Source of the DNA: Pontiella sp.
GTDB lineage: Bacteria; Verrucomicrobiota; Kiritimatiellia; Kiritimatiellales; Pontiellaceae
DNA length: 64,000 nucleotides
Reading direction: 5' to 3'
Assembly: GCA_050290185.1 (NCBI GenBank)
Contig: JBNKHE010000008.1
Span: forward strand, 64,001-128,000
How positions within the stretch are numbered: the stretch's first letter is position 1; each line of letters begins with the position of its first letter. The translations under genes and the position numbers were made by a program. Of the stretch, positions 1-9,229 are shown piece by piece. The notes beneath the pieces are model-generated. The model had not been told where the DNA came from. It saw only the letters and a program-made list of their open reading frames with translations, and did not search any database.

Positions 1-798
1 TGTTCCATGTCCAAGAATTTCAGCATACAAAGGAGCATTTCTGCTTTGGGCATGTTGCATGGATTCGAGGATGACAATCCCGCTGCCCTCGGCAAGTACT
101 CCTCCGTCTCTGTTAATGTCAAAAGGGCGGCTTGCATGCATAGGGTCGTCGTTGTTCACGCTGACCATTCCGGCCGCGCAAAAACCGGCCATGGCTGACG
201 GGACAATGGGAGCCTCGGTACCTCCGCAGATGCAAATGTCGGCTTTGCCTTCTTTAATTAACTTAGCTCCTGCGGCGATCGCATCAAGTCCGCTGACACA
301 GGTATTGGAAATCGTGCTGATTTCCGTTTCTACTTCAAGCATGGCGCCTAGTAAACTGGACGCGGCTAAGTGAATGCATCCTTCTACCGCATATGGGACA
401 AGTTTATTGGGGCCCATTTTGGCTACCCGGAGAATTTGGTTCTCAATGTGGTCAAACCCACCTAGGCTAATGCCTAGGATGATTGGTATAGGGGCCGCGC
501 TTAGAAGGTCGGTATGCGCAATTCCCGCATCTACATTCGCATCGGCGGCAGCCCTCAAGCCCAATTGCACATTTCGACTCAGGCGCCTAGATTTTATGCG
601 CCCATCCATATAGTCCTCGGGCACAAATCCAGTAACTTCTCCTGCAATTTTTGATTTAAAATCTGTTGCATCAAAAAGGGTAATCGGCCCGATGCCAGAT
701 TCTCCTGCAAGAAGGGAGTTCCAGAAGGCGTCTTTGCCGATGCCGTTGGCGGCTAGTACGCCGATGCCGGTAATCACAACCCTGTTTCTTCCGATCAC
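1..798 (-). CDS. fabF: Beta-ketoacyl-ACP synthase (FabF/KS family), partial, runs off the left edge
   Basis: Not in the ORF track; translated by hand. GTG at 798 gives MIGRNRVVITGIGVLAANGIGKDAFW, then catalytic-Cys motif SNTCVSGLDA, CGGTEAP and HASRPFDINRDGGVLAEGSG. The frame reaches position 1. Confidence 0.85.
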   Translation of the reverse strand, partial: MIGRNRVVITGIGVLAANGIGKDAFWNSLLAGESGIGPITLFDATDFKSKIAGEVTGFVPEDYMDGRIKSRRLSRNVQLGLRAAADANVDAGIAHTDLLSAAPIPIILGISLGGFDHIENQILRVAKMGPNKLVPYAVEGCIHLAASSLLGAMLEVETEISTISNTCVSGLDAIAAGAKLIKEGKADICICGGTEAPIVPSAMAGFCAAGMVSVNNDDPMHASRPFDINRDGGVLAEGSGIVILESMQHAQSRNAPLYAEILGHGT

Positions 799-900
799 GC
801 GCTTTGCCCCCTGTGCCCTTATTCGATGCTGACTCGATGGAAAATGATGCCGCATAAGCGCTTCCGTCCGAGAGTCCTGTGCTATTTTGTCTCAATTAAA

Positions 901-913
901 TATCAATATATTG
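901..913 (+). promoter_or_regulatory. Putative IHF binding site
   Basis: TATCAATATATTG matches WATCAANNNNTTR, in an AT-rich tract upstream of a sigma54 motif. Confidence 0.5.
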
Positions 914-963
914 TATAGATCAAGAATTATCACACAACCTGTGGACAAAAACTGAGTGACAAA

Positions 964-979
964 TGGCATAACTGTTGCT
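964..979 (+). promoter_or_regulatory. Sigma54 (-24/-12) promoter for the fadL operon
   Basis: TGGCATAACTGTTGCT has exact GG-N10-GC spacing and is close to consensus TGGCACG-N4-TTGCW, about 50 nt upstream of ATG 1028. Confidence 0.7.
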
Positions 980-1027
980 ATCAACTATCAGGTTAGATTT
1001 GACCAATTCAACTTAAGGGGCAGTATT

Positions 1028-2257
1028 ATGAATAAACAAAGTTTTTACATCGTTTCCAGATCGGCAATATTTGGTGCGGCAGCGGCAGCGGCAGCGGCAA
1101 TGGCAAGCACTGTAATGGCTGATGGCTACCGGAACCCGCCACCGACCGCTGAAGGCATAGGTAAATCCGGTGTGAATAGCGTATTTGTGGATGATGCGTC
1201 GGCGATTTCGTACAATCCCGCCAACCTCGCACTGCAAGGCAACAACTCATTGGTTGTTGCGGCAACCTGGGCCAAGACGGAGAATTCTTATTCCAATCCC
1301 TTGAATCCGGCGGGACGTGTGGATTCGAATGACGAATGGGTTTTATTGCCCAATCTCTATATTTCCATGCCTTCAAGTTTTGACGGTGTGGTTTTGGGGC
1401 TTGGCATAACAACGCCTTATGGTCAGGGAATCGATTGGACTCCCACGGATCAATACAATCCGTTCGCGCCTATATCGATCTACCAGGCTGAAATCAGTCT
1501 GATAAATATTAATCCAACGGTTGCGTTTAAGATGGGTGATAAAGTGTCTGTTGGGGTTGGCGCGGATATCTATTATTCCGAACTGGTGTTCAATGCTTTG
1601 ACTGGCCTCGGCATAGGCGCTCCTCCGAATGGGAAGGCGAATGCAGAAGGCGATGACTTTGGGTATGGGGGAAATCTTGGCGTTACGTGGCAAATCGATG
1701 AACACCATCGGGCTATATTCACATACCGTAGCGAAGTGAAACTGGACTATGAAGGCGATTTGACGGCAACACCGGGCTCTTCGCTGACCAGCAGTAGCTT
1801 TGGTCTGGGCGTTACTTATCCCAACACGTTGGCTGCAGGATATGGTATTGAGCTGACGGAAGACATCCGCATTGAAGCCAATATCGAATGGCTTGAATGG
1901 TCTTCGACCAAGGTGCAGGTTGCCGATCTCGGAGCAAACGGAGCCCTGCCGCTGCCGCAAAACTGGGACGACACCTTTACCTTTGGGATTGGTGGTGATT
2001 GGAAGCTCGATGAAAATTGGGTGATCCGAGCAGGCTATGCCTTTATTGAGTCACCGATTCCGGACTCTACTATTTCACCGTTGCTCCCTGATTCCGACCG
2101 TCATGCTTTGAGTTTGGGGGCGGGCTATACTTCGGGGGGCCATACCGTGGATGTCGCCTATACGTTCAGTATTTACGATGATCGGGGCATGACGGCTTCA
2201 GGCACATATGACATTGATTCCGACTTGGTGGGTGTGACATATTCCTACTCGTTTTAA
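1028..2257 (+). CDS. OmpP1/FadL/TodX family outer-membrane transporter for hydrophobic compounds
   Basis: Signal peptide, DDASAISYNPANL hatch motif, GITTPYG, LPDSDRH, C-terminal YSYSF beta-barrel signal. Confidence 0.9.
   Translation: MNKQSFYIVSRSAIFGAAAAAAAAMASTVMADGYRNPPPTAEGIGKSGVNSVFVDDASAISYNPANLALQGNNSLVVAATWAKTENSYSNPLNPAGRVDSNDEWVLLPNLYISMPSSFDGVVLGLGITTPYGQGIDWTPTDQYNPFAPISIYQAEISLININPTVAFKMGDKVSVGVGADIYYSELVFNALTGLGIGAPPNGKANAEGDDFGYGGNLGVTWQIDEHHRAIFTYRSEVKLDYEGDLTATPGSSLTSSSFGLGVTYPNTLAAGYGIELTEDIRIEANIEWLEWSSTKVQVADLGANGALPLPQNWDDTFTFGIGGDWKLDENWVIRAGYAFIESPIPDSTISPLLPDSDRHALSLGAGYTSGGHTVDVAYTFSIYDDRGMTASGTYDIDSDLVGVTYSYSF
1076..1099 (+). repeat. (GCGGCA)x4 tandem repeat encoding poly-Ala in the FadL signal peptide
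   Basis: Read directly from the sequence. Confidence 0.8.
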
Positions 2258-2272
2258 CCGGAGGTAGGAACC

Positions 2273-3460
2273 GTGGAATCGAAACAGTTGCAAGGCACGA
2301 TTTTAGTAATCGATGACGAGCGGGGACCGCGTGAAAGCCTGCGCATGGTACTCAAGTACGATTATGAAATGTTCCTCGCCGACCGCGTTGATGGCGGAGT
2401 GGAGCTGTTGCGCGAGCATCAACCGGACCTTGTGATTATGGATATCCGCATGCCGGAGAAAAGCGGTATTGAGGGGTTGCAGGAGATCCGCGAGATCGAC
2501 CCGAACGTTTCCATTGTCATGCTTACCGGCTACGGGGATCTGGAAACCGCCCAGCAGGCCATCCGCTACGGGGCCAACGACTATCTCCAAAAACCTTTTG
2601 ATGCCAATGAGATTCAGGAAGTCGTAAAGAAGTATGTCGATCGGAGCAAGCTCTACTCGCGCAAACGGCAGGCACAGGAAGAGCTTCAGAAGATGACCCA
2701 GTCGTTGGGTCGGGAAGTCGGGAAAACCAATAAGCTAACATCGTTGGGCGCAGCCTCGTCCGAGTTGGTTCATGATCTGCGTAATCCGCTCACCATCATT
2801 CGCGGCTATCTTGATCTGCTCAACTACGAGCTGAAGGAAAAACAGGAATCAACATCCGATGAAATGAACGAATATCTGGATCAGATCGAACGCAACGTCG
2901 AACGTTGCGCTGAGCTGGTCGAGTCATGGCGTTCGCTGGGCCGGTTTGATTTTTCCCAGTTGCAACGGCTCAATCTTCCAAAGCTGCTGAACGACTGTTT
3001 CCGCGATGCTGCGGCGCATTCCGATATCTCCTTTTCGCTGCAGGTGGAAGGAGGGGAAGAGCAGTATGAGATGCTGGGAGAGCGGTTGCAGATGCAGCGG
3101 GCTTTCCAGAATCTGATCGACAATGCCGTTGAAGCGGTTGCCCAGGTCTCTTCTCCGGGAATCACGATCTTGTTCTCCATGAATCATGCGGATATAACGG
3201 TCAAGGTAAAGGACAACGGATGCGGCGTTGATGCAAAAAATCTGAGATGGATTTTTGAACCGTTCGATAATATGGCCACAATTGAAAAGGGCGCCGGCCT
3301 CGGATTATTTATCACCAAAAAGGTGCTCGAAGAGCATCGTGGCACCTTGCAGTTTGAAAGCAAGGTGGGGGAAGGTTCCGTCGTTACGGTTCACGTTCCG
3401 CAGGCCCACACGGCCCTTGGATATTTTTCCAGTCCCGAATCTATGATCCAAGCCCGATGA
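2273..3460 (+). CDS. Hybrid response regulator / histidine kinase (REC-HisKA-HATPase), cytoplasmic
   Basis: VIDDE...MDIRMP...KPF receiver; VHDLRNPL H-box; NLIDNA, DNGCG, GAGLGL boxes; GGAGG RBS. Confidence 0.9.
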   Translation: MESKQLQGTILVIDDERGPRESLRMVLKYDYEMFLADRVDGGVELLREHQPDLVIMDIRMPEKSGIEGLQEIREIDPNVSIVMLTGYGDLETAQQAIRYGANDYLQKPFDANEIQEVVKKYVDRSKLYSRKRQAQEELQKMTQSLGREVGKTNKLTSLGAASSELVHDLRNPLTIIRGYLDLLNYELKEKQESTSDEMNEYLDQIERNVERCAELVESWRSLGRFDFSQLQRLNLPKLLNDCFRDAAAHSDISFSLQVEGGEEQYEMLGERLQMQRAFQNLIDNAVEAVAQVSSPGITILFSMNHADITVKVKDNGCGVDAKNLRWIFEPFDNMATIEKGAGLGLFITKKVLEEHRGTLQFESKVGEGSVVTVHVPQAHTALGYFSSPESMIQAR

Positions 3461-3467
3461 ACTCCCG

Positions 3468-5084
3468 ATGAGTATTTCCGATTCTGTCTCTGCCGCAATC
3501 GCATCCTGGAAACAGGATCTTGGCGAGTCGGCCGTGATGACTGAATCCGGTCCGCTGGATGACTATACAAGCAGTGTTTGCGCATCATCACGTGAAGTCG
3601 TCGCTGTTCTTAAGCCCACTTCAATGGAGCAGGTTCAATGCATCGTTGCAAAGGCCAATGAACACAAGGTTCCGCTCTACCCCATCAGCTGCGGCAAGCA
3701 GTGGGGAATGGGGTCAAAATTGCCCGTGGAAGATGGCGCCGCCATTGTCGACCTTTCGGGAATGAACCGGATCATCGAAGTCAATCCCCGGTTCCATTAC
3801 GCAGTCGTCGAACCGGGTGTGACGCAACGGCAACTGCTCGACTATATCAAAGAGCACCATTTTCCGCTTATGCTCAATGTAACGGGCTCCACATCCGATA
3901 CCAGCCTGATCGGGAATGCGATGGATCGTGGTGTGGGCTACTTTGATTCCCGGGCACACGGAATTTCCGATATGCAGGTTGTTTTGGGAAATGGGAAAAC
4001 CATCCAAACCGGATTCAGCCACTACGGGAATGCCAAAACAAAAAACCTGTACGCTCACGGTGTGGGACCTTCGCTTGATGGACTGTTTCCTCAGGGAAAC
4101 TTTGGCATTGTAACCTCCGCGTGTATCGACCTTATGCCCAAACCCGATGAGCATATGTCGGTTATTTTAAAGATCGATGCAGAGGAGAAGCTTCCGGCGC
4201 TCATCAATACGCTGGTGTCGTTGCGATCGAGAGGTGTATTCGCAACGATAGCGCACATGGGAAATCGTGAGCGCTCGTACATCACATTGGCGCCGTTGCT
4301 TTATGAGCAACTGGTAAAATCCGGCGAACCAGAAGGAGAAGCCACTCGAACTAAGGCCGTGACCATGCTGGAAGACGGCGGCTTCGGACCATGGAGTGCG
4401 GCCATCGGCATCCTCGGAACCAAGGACCAGCTCAAGCTGGCAAAAAAAGAAATTCGCAAGGCGGTCAAAGGCTTTGCCTCGACGATGTTCCTGAATGACA
4501 ATCTGATTGCCTGGGCAAAGGCCTTTGCCCAAAAGCTGACCTTCATTCCGGCGGTCAAGAACCAGCTCATGATGCTCAAGGCCATAGAACCCGTCTATGG
4601 ATTTACGGCGGGCGAAGCCACCAATCAATCGCTAAAGGCTGTGTATTGGTCAGCCGGCGACTATGAACACCTAGACGCTTCCGATCCCGACCAGTCTGAT
4701 AGCGGCCTGTTATTCTGCCTACCCATCATTCCTGCCGACGGTCAAGCTGTGAACGAAGTCGTCCGCGATACCCGCGATACTTTTTCCCGCCACGGTTTCG
4801 AGGCCGCGATTACTGTAAATCTAATGAGTACCAAGGCGATGGAAGGCGTTGTCAGTCTGGCATTCGATCGCCGCGATCCGGAGCAAACCCAACGGGCGCA
4901 TACCTGCATTCAGGAGATGGAAGCGCGCTACATGACGCAGGGTTATCCTCCATACCGGGTTGGAATCAATTCCATGCACCATGTGGTTCGGGAAGACGAT
5001 TCGTTCTGGCAAACCATCCGGGAACTCAAGACCGTGCTCGATCCGAATAATATCATTGCGCCCGGCCGTTACAACTTGGTGTAG
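3468..5084 (+). CDS. FAD-linked oxidase, VAO/p-cresol methylhydroxylase flavoprotein family
   Basis: PISCGKQWGMGS, VEPGVTQ, GPSLDGLFPQGNFGIVT, GYPPYR, LDPNNIIAPGR motifs. Confidence 0.88.
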   Translation: MSISDSVSAAIASWKQDLGESAVMTESGPLDDYTSSVCASSREVVAVLKPTSMEQVQCIVAKANEHKVPLYPISCGKQWGMGSKLPVEDGAAIVDLSGMNRIIEVNPRFHYAVVEPGVTQRQLLDYIKEHHFPLMLNVTGSTSDTSLIGNAMDRGVGYFDSRAHGISDMQVVLGNGKTIQTGFSHYGNAKTKNLYAHGVGPSLDGLFPQGNFGIVTSACIDLMPKPDEHMSVILKIDAEEKLPALINTLVSLRSRGVFATIAHMGNRERSYITLAPLLYEQLVKSGEPEGEATRTKAVTMLEDGGFGPWSAAIGILGTKDQLKLAKKEIRKAVKGFASTMFLNDNLIAWAKAFAQKLTFIPAVKNQLMMLKAIEPVYGFTAGEATNQSLKAVYWSAGDYEHLDASDPDQSDSGLLFCLPIIPADGQAVNEVVRDTRDTFSRHGFEAAITVNLMSTKAMEGVVSLAFDRRDPEQTQRAHTCIQEMEARYMTQGYPPYRVGINSMHHVVREDDSFWQTIRELKTVLDPNNIIAPGRYNLV

Positions 5085-5256
5085 GTTACAACGGGCCAAA
5101 GTGTGCAAAGAGCAGATCGTTTGCGCCCTGTTGTTGTGGACGGCTTGTAAGAGCGTTCTTCCGGAAGATTTATTCTTTGGTCTGGAGGGATATGGAGCGA
5201 GCACCTTTTTTCCCTCGGGCGAAATCAGCAGCTTCCAGCCGATTAACGGCAAGCCG

Positions 5257-5754
5257 CTATGAGTAAGTGAATTCCTTTATCACATGCCGGTTAACCCTGT
5301 TGGTCGCGTGCTGCACCTCAAGGATTTTAGCATCGATCGCTACCAGTTTACTTTCGGATAGTTGTGTGGTTTCTGTGGTGTCGAGTATGTGTCGGTCGAT
5401 TTTTTCTATCATGTCGATACAAGCGCATAGCGCTTGTTTGAAGTTTGACCCCAGTGATAGGTCTTCGTGAGGTACATGCAGTTCGGCGGCAACTATGCAT
5501 AGGGTGCGAAAGGCGCTTAGCATCAATTCCTTCGAACTCTCCCAGGCTTCTTCAGTATCAATCATCTTCCAATAGATATGTGTTGGCGTGGGTGCCATCC
5601 GTTTCTTTTTGTAGTGCAGAACCTCCATCAAGCACACCCTGATGGCGCATAAATGGGCATCCAGCAGATCCCCGTCAATACCCGGTTCCATAGGCGATTC
5701 GCTTGCGGCGTGGTCAGCTTGATCAACCTTGTTTCTCTTGAAAAATGTGAACAT
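5257..5754 (-). CDS. Hypothetical protein (165 aa, helical)
   Basis: ATG with GGGAG RBS; fills the gap; no family recognised. Confidence 0.6.
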   Translation of the reverse strand: MFTFFKRNKVDQADHAASESPMEPGIDGDLLDAHLCAIRVCLMEVLHYKKKRMAPTPTHIYWKMIDTEEAWESSKELMLSAFRTLCIVAAELHVPHEDLSLGSNFKQALCACIDMIEKIDRHILDTTETTQLSESKLVAIDAKILEVQHATNRVNRHVIKEFTYS

Positions 5755-6378
5755 GCTTTCTCCCGTATGCTATGCGGTTGCTACCGATTAAAATACGTAT
5801 ACATAGTCCGCATTAAAAAACATAAATATTTAGTGGAAACAAGTAAAAACAGTATGGCAAATGTGGGTATTTTCGGGCTGTTGCTGAATCGTTGAATCTT
5901 TGTCGGAATGGATCTGACGGTTAACGCATGAATCCAAACAGGCGTCCTCGATCTTCCAGAAGAGTTGTGTTTGGCCGGTTCTGGGTTGAACGTGCCATTT
6001 CCAGTGTTTGCAGGCAGATTGCCTGTTCATCAATCAACAGGACTTAACGTATCGTAGTGGTTGTGCCCTGCCGGGAAAAGAACGGCGCTATGATTCCTGT
6101 TGCGCTGCCACATCAGAGGCACAGGTTGCAACAAGGTATGGAGACGGTTGATAGAAATGCGGATGCGACCGGCCATGGGATTGACCGACAGATATGCGTT
6201 GAGTTCCTCCTCGACCCAATCCTTGTGAGGGCGAACCATATGGAAAAGATCACTCCCATAAGTTTGCGGCATTTCATTCGCAAGGTTCGCTAGATGTTCT
6301 TCAATGGACAGATGCAGGACTAAGAGCGTTCAGCGGGAGTTGCCTGTACTGAACAGAGCGCTTTGTCACGGAGCTATG

Positions 6379-7479
6379 TTACGCAGAAACCGGTCGTTCG
6401 GCCACCCACTGGCGCATGGCATCCTTGGTTTTCTTCCAAGCCGCCGAATCATTGCGCTCTTTCACGAATTCGCGGAAGAGGTGGAAAAACATCTGTCGGA
6501 AGGTCTCGAGCAGGACCATGCGTTCCTGGAACTTGCCAACGCGGTCGAAGGTTTCGGTTTGCGGGAGCTTCAGGCTGCGGAAGACAAATTCGTCGGCGTC
6601 GAACGTAAAGGCCCAGGCCTCCTCGCCGCGCACGAACTGGAGTTTGGCCTTCTTGAGTTTCTTGCCGCTGAGCAGGGCGGTGCGGGCTTCGGCGCTGAGC
6701 ATCGGCTCGCCCTTGCGCAGGGTGATTTCATGCGCTCCCTTTCCTTCCATCACGAATGTCAGTGGGCCCTCTACCATGAAGGCGATTTCCCCGACATCGG
6801 GAATTTGGGACAGTCCGCCGCGTTTTTCGGAACAGTACCACAGCCACATCAGAAATTCGCGCCCGGCGGTGCCGTCGACCATGCCGTCTTCGAGTTCGCC
6901 GGAAAAGCTGGCCGGGCCCCAGTTTTGCACATCGATACTTTCTGTTTTTGCGGCCATCGTTTCCGGATCGGCCACTTGTGCGGAACAGCCGGTTGTTTGC
7001 ATTAGGGTAAGCGCGAAAGCATCGAGTTGCTTTTCGGACGTGGCCGAGGCGTAAATCATATGCGAGCGTTCATCGAACACAAAATCGATGCCCTTGAGCT
7101 GCGGCGGCATATCGGGTAGCAGGCGTTCCTTGACCTGTTTCTTGATTTCGGAGCGCGCCTGCTGGTTGAGGTATTGCTTGTCGTCCGCTTCCATGACCGC
7201 CATTTCTTCGACCGCGCATTCGGCAGCCAGCAGGGAGGACGGCACTGTTTTTTTTGCTTGTGTCAGGGTCAGACGGAGGTAGCCGCCCAGAAAGGCGCTT
7301 TCCTCGGTAATGTTGCGGTCGAGCAGGTGGCGTCCGGCCACCCAGCCGTGGACTTCCTCTTCAACCAGAGTGTTCAATGGCGGCAGCGCCGCGGCGGAAA
7401 ACTTTTCGACATCTTCCGCTCCCAAATCCCGCGATGCGAAAAACATACGGAAGCTCAACGATCCCTTTTCAAATCCCAT
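6379..7479 (-). CDS. rdgC: Recombination-associated protein RdgC-like
   Basis: MGFEKGSLSFRMF start after GAGG; GREFLMWLW; AEARTALLSGKKLKKA motifs. Confidence 0.75.
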   Translation of the reverse strand: MGFEKGSLSFRMFFASRDLGAEDVEKFSAAALPPLNTLVEEEVHGWVAGRHLLDRNITEESAFLGGYLRLTLTQAKKTVPSSLLAAECAVEEMAVMEADDKQYLNQQARSEIKKQVKERLLPDMPPQLKGIDFVFDERSHMIYASATSEKQLDAFALTLMQTTGCSAQVADPETMAAKTESIDVQNWGPASFSGELEDGMVDGTAGREFLMWLWYCSEKRGGLSQIPDVGEIAFMVEGPLTFVMEGKGAHEITLRKGEPMLSAEARTALLSGKKLKKAKLQFVRGEEAWAFTFDADEFVFRSLKLPQTETFDRVGKFQERMVLLETFRQMFFHLFREFVKERNDSAAWKKTKDAMRQWVAERPVSA

Positions 7480-7514
7480 CTCAAAACCTCTTCTATCAAA
7501 TTTATTTGGCCCTG

Positions 7515-7577
7515 GCAGCGACGCTGAGGGCGCAGAGTTTATAACGTGCACTTCTCCGCGATCTCTGCATCTCTGCG
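7515..7577. repeat. Imperfect inverted repeat built from 8-9 nt (C)GCAGAG / CTCTGC(G) units
   Basis: gcagcg acgctgag ggcgcagag ... ctccgcg atctctgc atctctgcg, intergenic. Confidence 0.5.
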
Positions 7578-7588
7578 AGGAATGTCTT

Positions 7589-9229
7589 TTACCAAGTCAT
7601 GGTAATTCCGGTGGAGACGGAGGTGGGGCGCGGCTTCAGGCCGGGTATGGCTTGGAAGTCGGATCCCCACAGGTTTTCCACCAGGAACGAAAGGCGCACA
7701 TTCTTGGCGAAGCGGGGGTCGTAATGCAAGCCCAGGGATGCCTCGGCACCGAAGTCGTTGCTGGTACGCACCTTGTTTCCTGTCTGGTAGCGCAGGTTCT
7801 GGGAGCCGATCAGCTGAAGCTCCGGCGTAATCTGCCAGAAGCCGGCCAACGCCAGCAGATGTTCCGGATAATCGAGTTCATACAGTCCCGCATAGACGTC
7901 GTATTCATCCTTTGTGATCCACTGGTAGTACAGCTCGATCTTCAATTCATCCGAGGTCCGATAGTTCACTTTGGCGTTGATTCCCGAAACGTTCAGATGG
8001 CCGAGGTCAGTTGCCCTCCATGCCGTGTCGGCGACGGTTGTCTTCGTCCAGGCCGAAGCGTTTTCCAATCGGCGGTGGAAAGCCGCGGCTTTCCAGTCGA
8101 GCCGCGCCGAAAGAAACTGGTGAAGTCCCAGTTCGGTGTTTTTCGATCGTTGCAGGTTCAGTGCATTGTTGCCCGTGTGGTAGGGATCCGAGTAGTAGAG
8201 CGTTTGATAGTCCGGTTGCTGCACGGTTTCCGAATAGGAGGCGTAGAGCTTGATGTTGTCGGTGGCGAAGTAGTCGATGCCCGTTTGCGGGAGCCATTCG
8301 GTGGATTCGTCGGTTTGGAAGACGCTGTTCAGGCCGGCCTTGAAGGTAAAGCGCTCAAAGCGCGCCTCCGGCAGGATTAGGACCGAAGCGCGTGTACGGT
8401 CATGGTTGCCGATGTCGCCGTCTACCCGCTCGTGCTCAATATCGCTCCGCAGGTTCAATGCAATGTTTTGGATTTCCAGCGTACGGCCTTCGACGAAGGC
8501 CGTACCCAGATACGAATGGATACCGTTGTCAAAGGTTGCACTGGGAATGCGGTACTCATCGTCGAACGCCCGGAACGCAGTGCCGGCACGGAGATAGGAT
8601 CCATCCAGTTCGCCGTATGTCGCGCCAAGGAACAGCAGCGTATCCTTTGTTTGCTCATCGGCATATACATTGGTGGGAATGCCGTAATAACCCTGAGCGC
8701 CGAAGTTCTTCTGCTGGTATCCCGCCAGCAGATCCAGCTGCCAGTCGTTGACGGACTGCTTGACATAGGCGCCGCCCGAATAGCGGTTGAGGCCGTTGGC
8801 GTCGTGGTCGATTTGCAACGCCTTTTCACCTTCAATGAAACCGCCGATACCGGAGTCGAATACCGACATGTCTGCCGAATAATGCTCCCGCGTGCCGATG
8901 CCTAGCGTGGTCTGCAGACGAGCCGCTTGCGGTATGGTGCGGTAGGCGGAGGTTCCGACAAGATAGCCTGATGCATTGTCTAGCCCATAGTGTGCGGCAG
9001 GATCGGAGAGCAAATAGGCGGGAATGGGAGCTTCGTTGTTGAAATGGGCGGAATAGGGAACCTTCAGGTTCAGGCCGTTCAGCGAGATTCCCGTGCCTGC
9101 ATAGCTACTCCCCCGGATCGAAAGATCCTGCTGGGCCAATCCCTGCGAATTGACCAGAATCTCCGGCGATCCCGCGAATGCGAGTGCCGGGGCAATCAGT
9201 CCGATCAGCCCGATCCGTCTGATGTTCAT
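7589..9229 (-). CDS. TonB-dependent receptor-like outer-membrane protein with shortened plug
   Basis: Signal peptide, plug motif DLSIRGS...LNG, barrel motifs GNNALNLQRSKNTELG and VENLW, terminal W; TGATG overlap with the bioA stop. Confidence 0.8.
   Translation of the reverse strand: MNIRRIGLIGLIAPALAFAGSPEILVNSQGLAQQDLSIRGSSYAGTGISLNGLNLKVPYSAHFNNEAPIPAYLLSDPAAHYGLDNASGYLVGTSAYRTIPQAARLQTTLGIGTREHYSADMSVFDSGIGGFIEGEKALQIDHDANGLNRYSGGAYVKQSVNDWQLDLLAGYQQKNFGAQGYYGIPTNVYADEQTKDTLLFLGATYGELDGSYLRAGTAFRAFDDEYRIPSATFDNGIHSYLGTAFVEGRTLEIQNIALNLRSDIEHERVDGDIGNHDRTRASVLILPEARFERFTFKAGLNSVFQTDESTEWLPQTGIDYFATDNIKLYASYSETVQQPDYQTLYYSDPYHTGNNALNLQRSKNTELGLHQFLSARLDWKAAAFHRRLENASAWTKTTVADTAWRATDLGHLNVSGINAKVNYRTSDELKIELYYQWITKDEYDVYAGLYELDYPEHLLALAGFWQITPELQLIGSQNLRYQTGNKVRTSNDFGAEASLGLHYDPRFAKNVRLSFLVENLWGSDFQAIPGLKPRPTSVSTGITMTW

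Noticed and set aside
927..948. DnaA-box-like sequences (TTATCACAC, TGTGGACAA) suggesting oriC
   Set aside because: Only two imperfect boxes and no dnaA/dnaN context; better explained as part of the sigma54 promoter region.
1076..1099. GCGGCA repeat as a phase-variation switch
   Set aside because: A 6-nt unit keeps the frame, so slippage only changes signal-peptide length.
5830..6300. Short ORFs between the hypothetical gene and rdgC
   Set aside because: No RBS or family motif; may be a decayed gene but cannot be supported.
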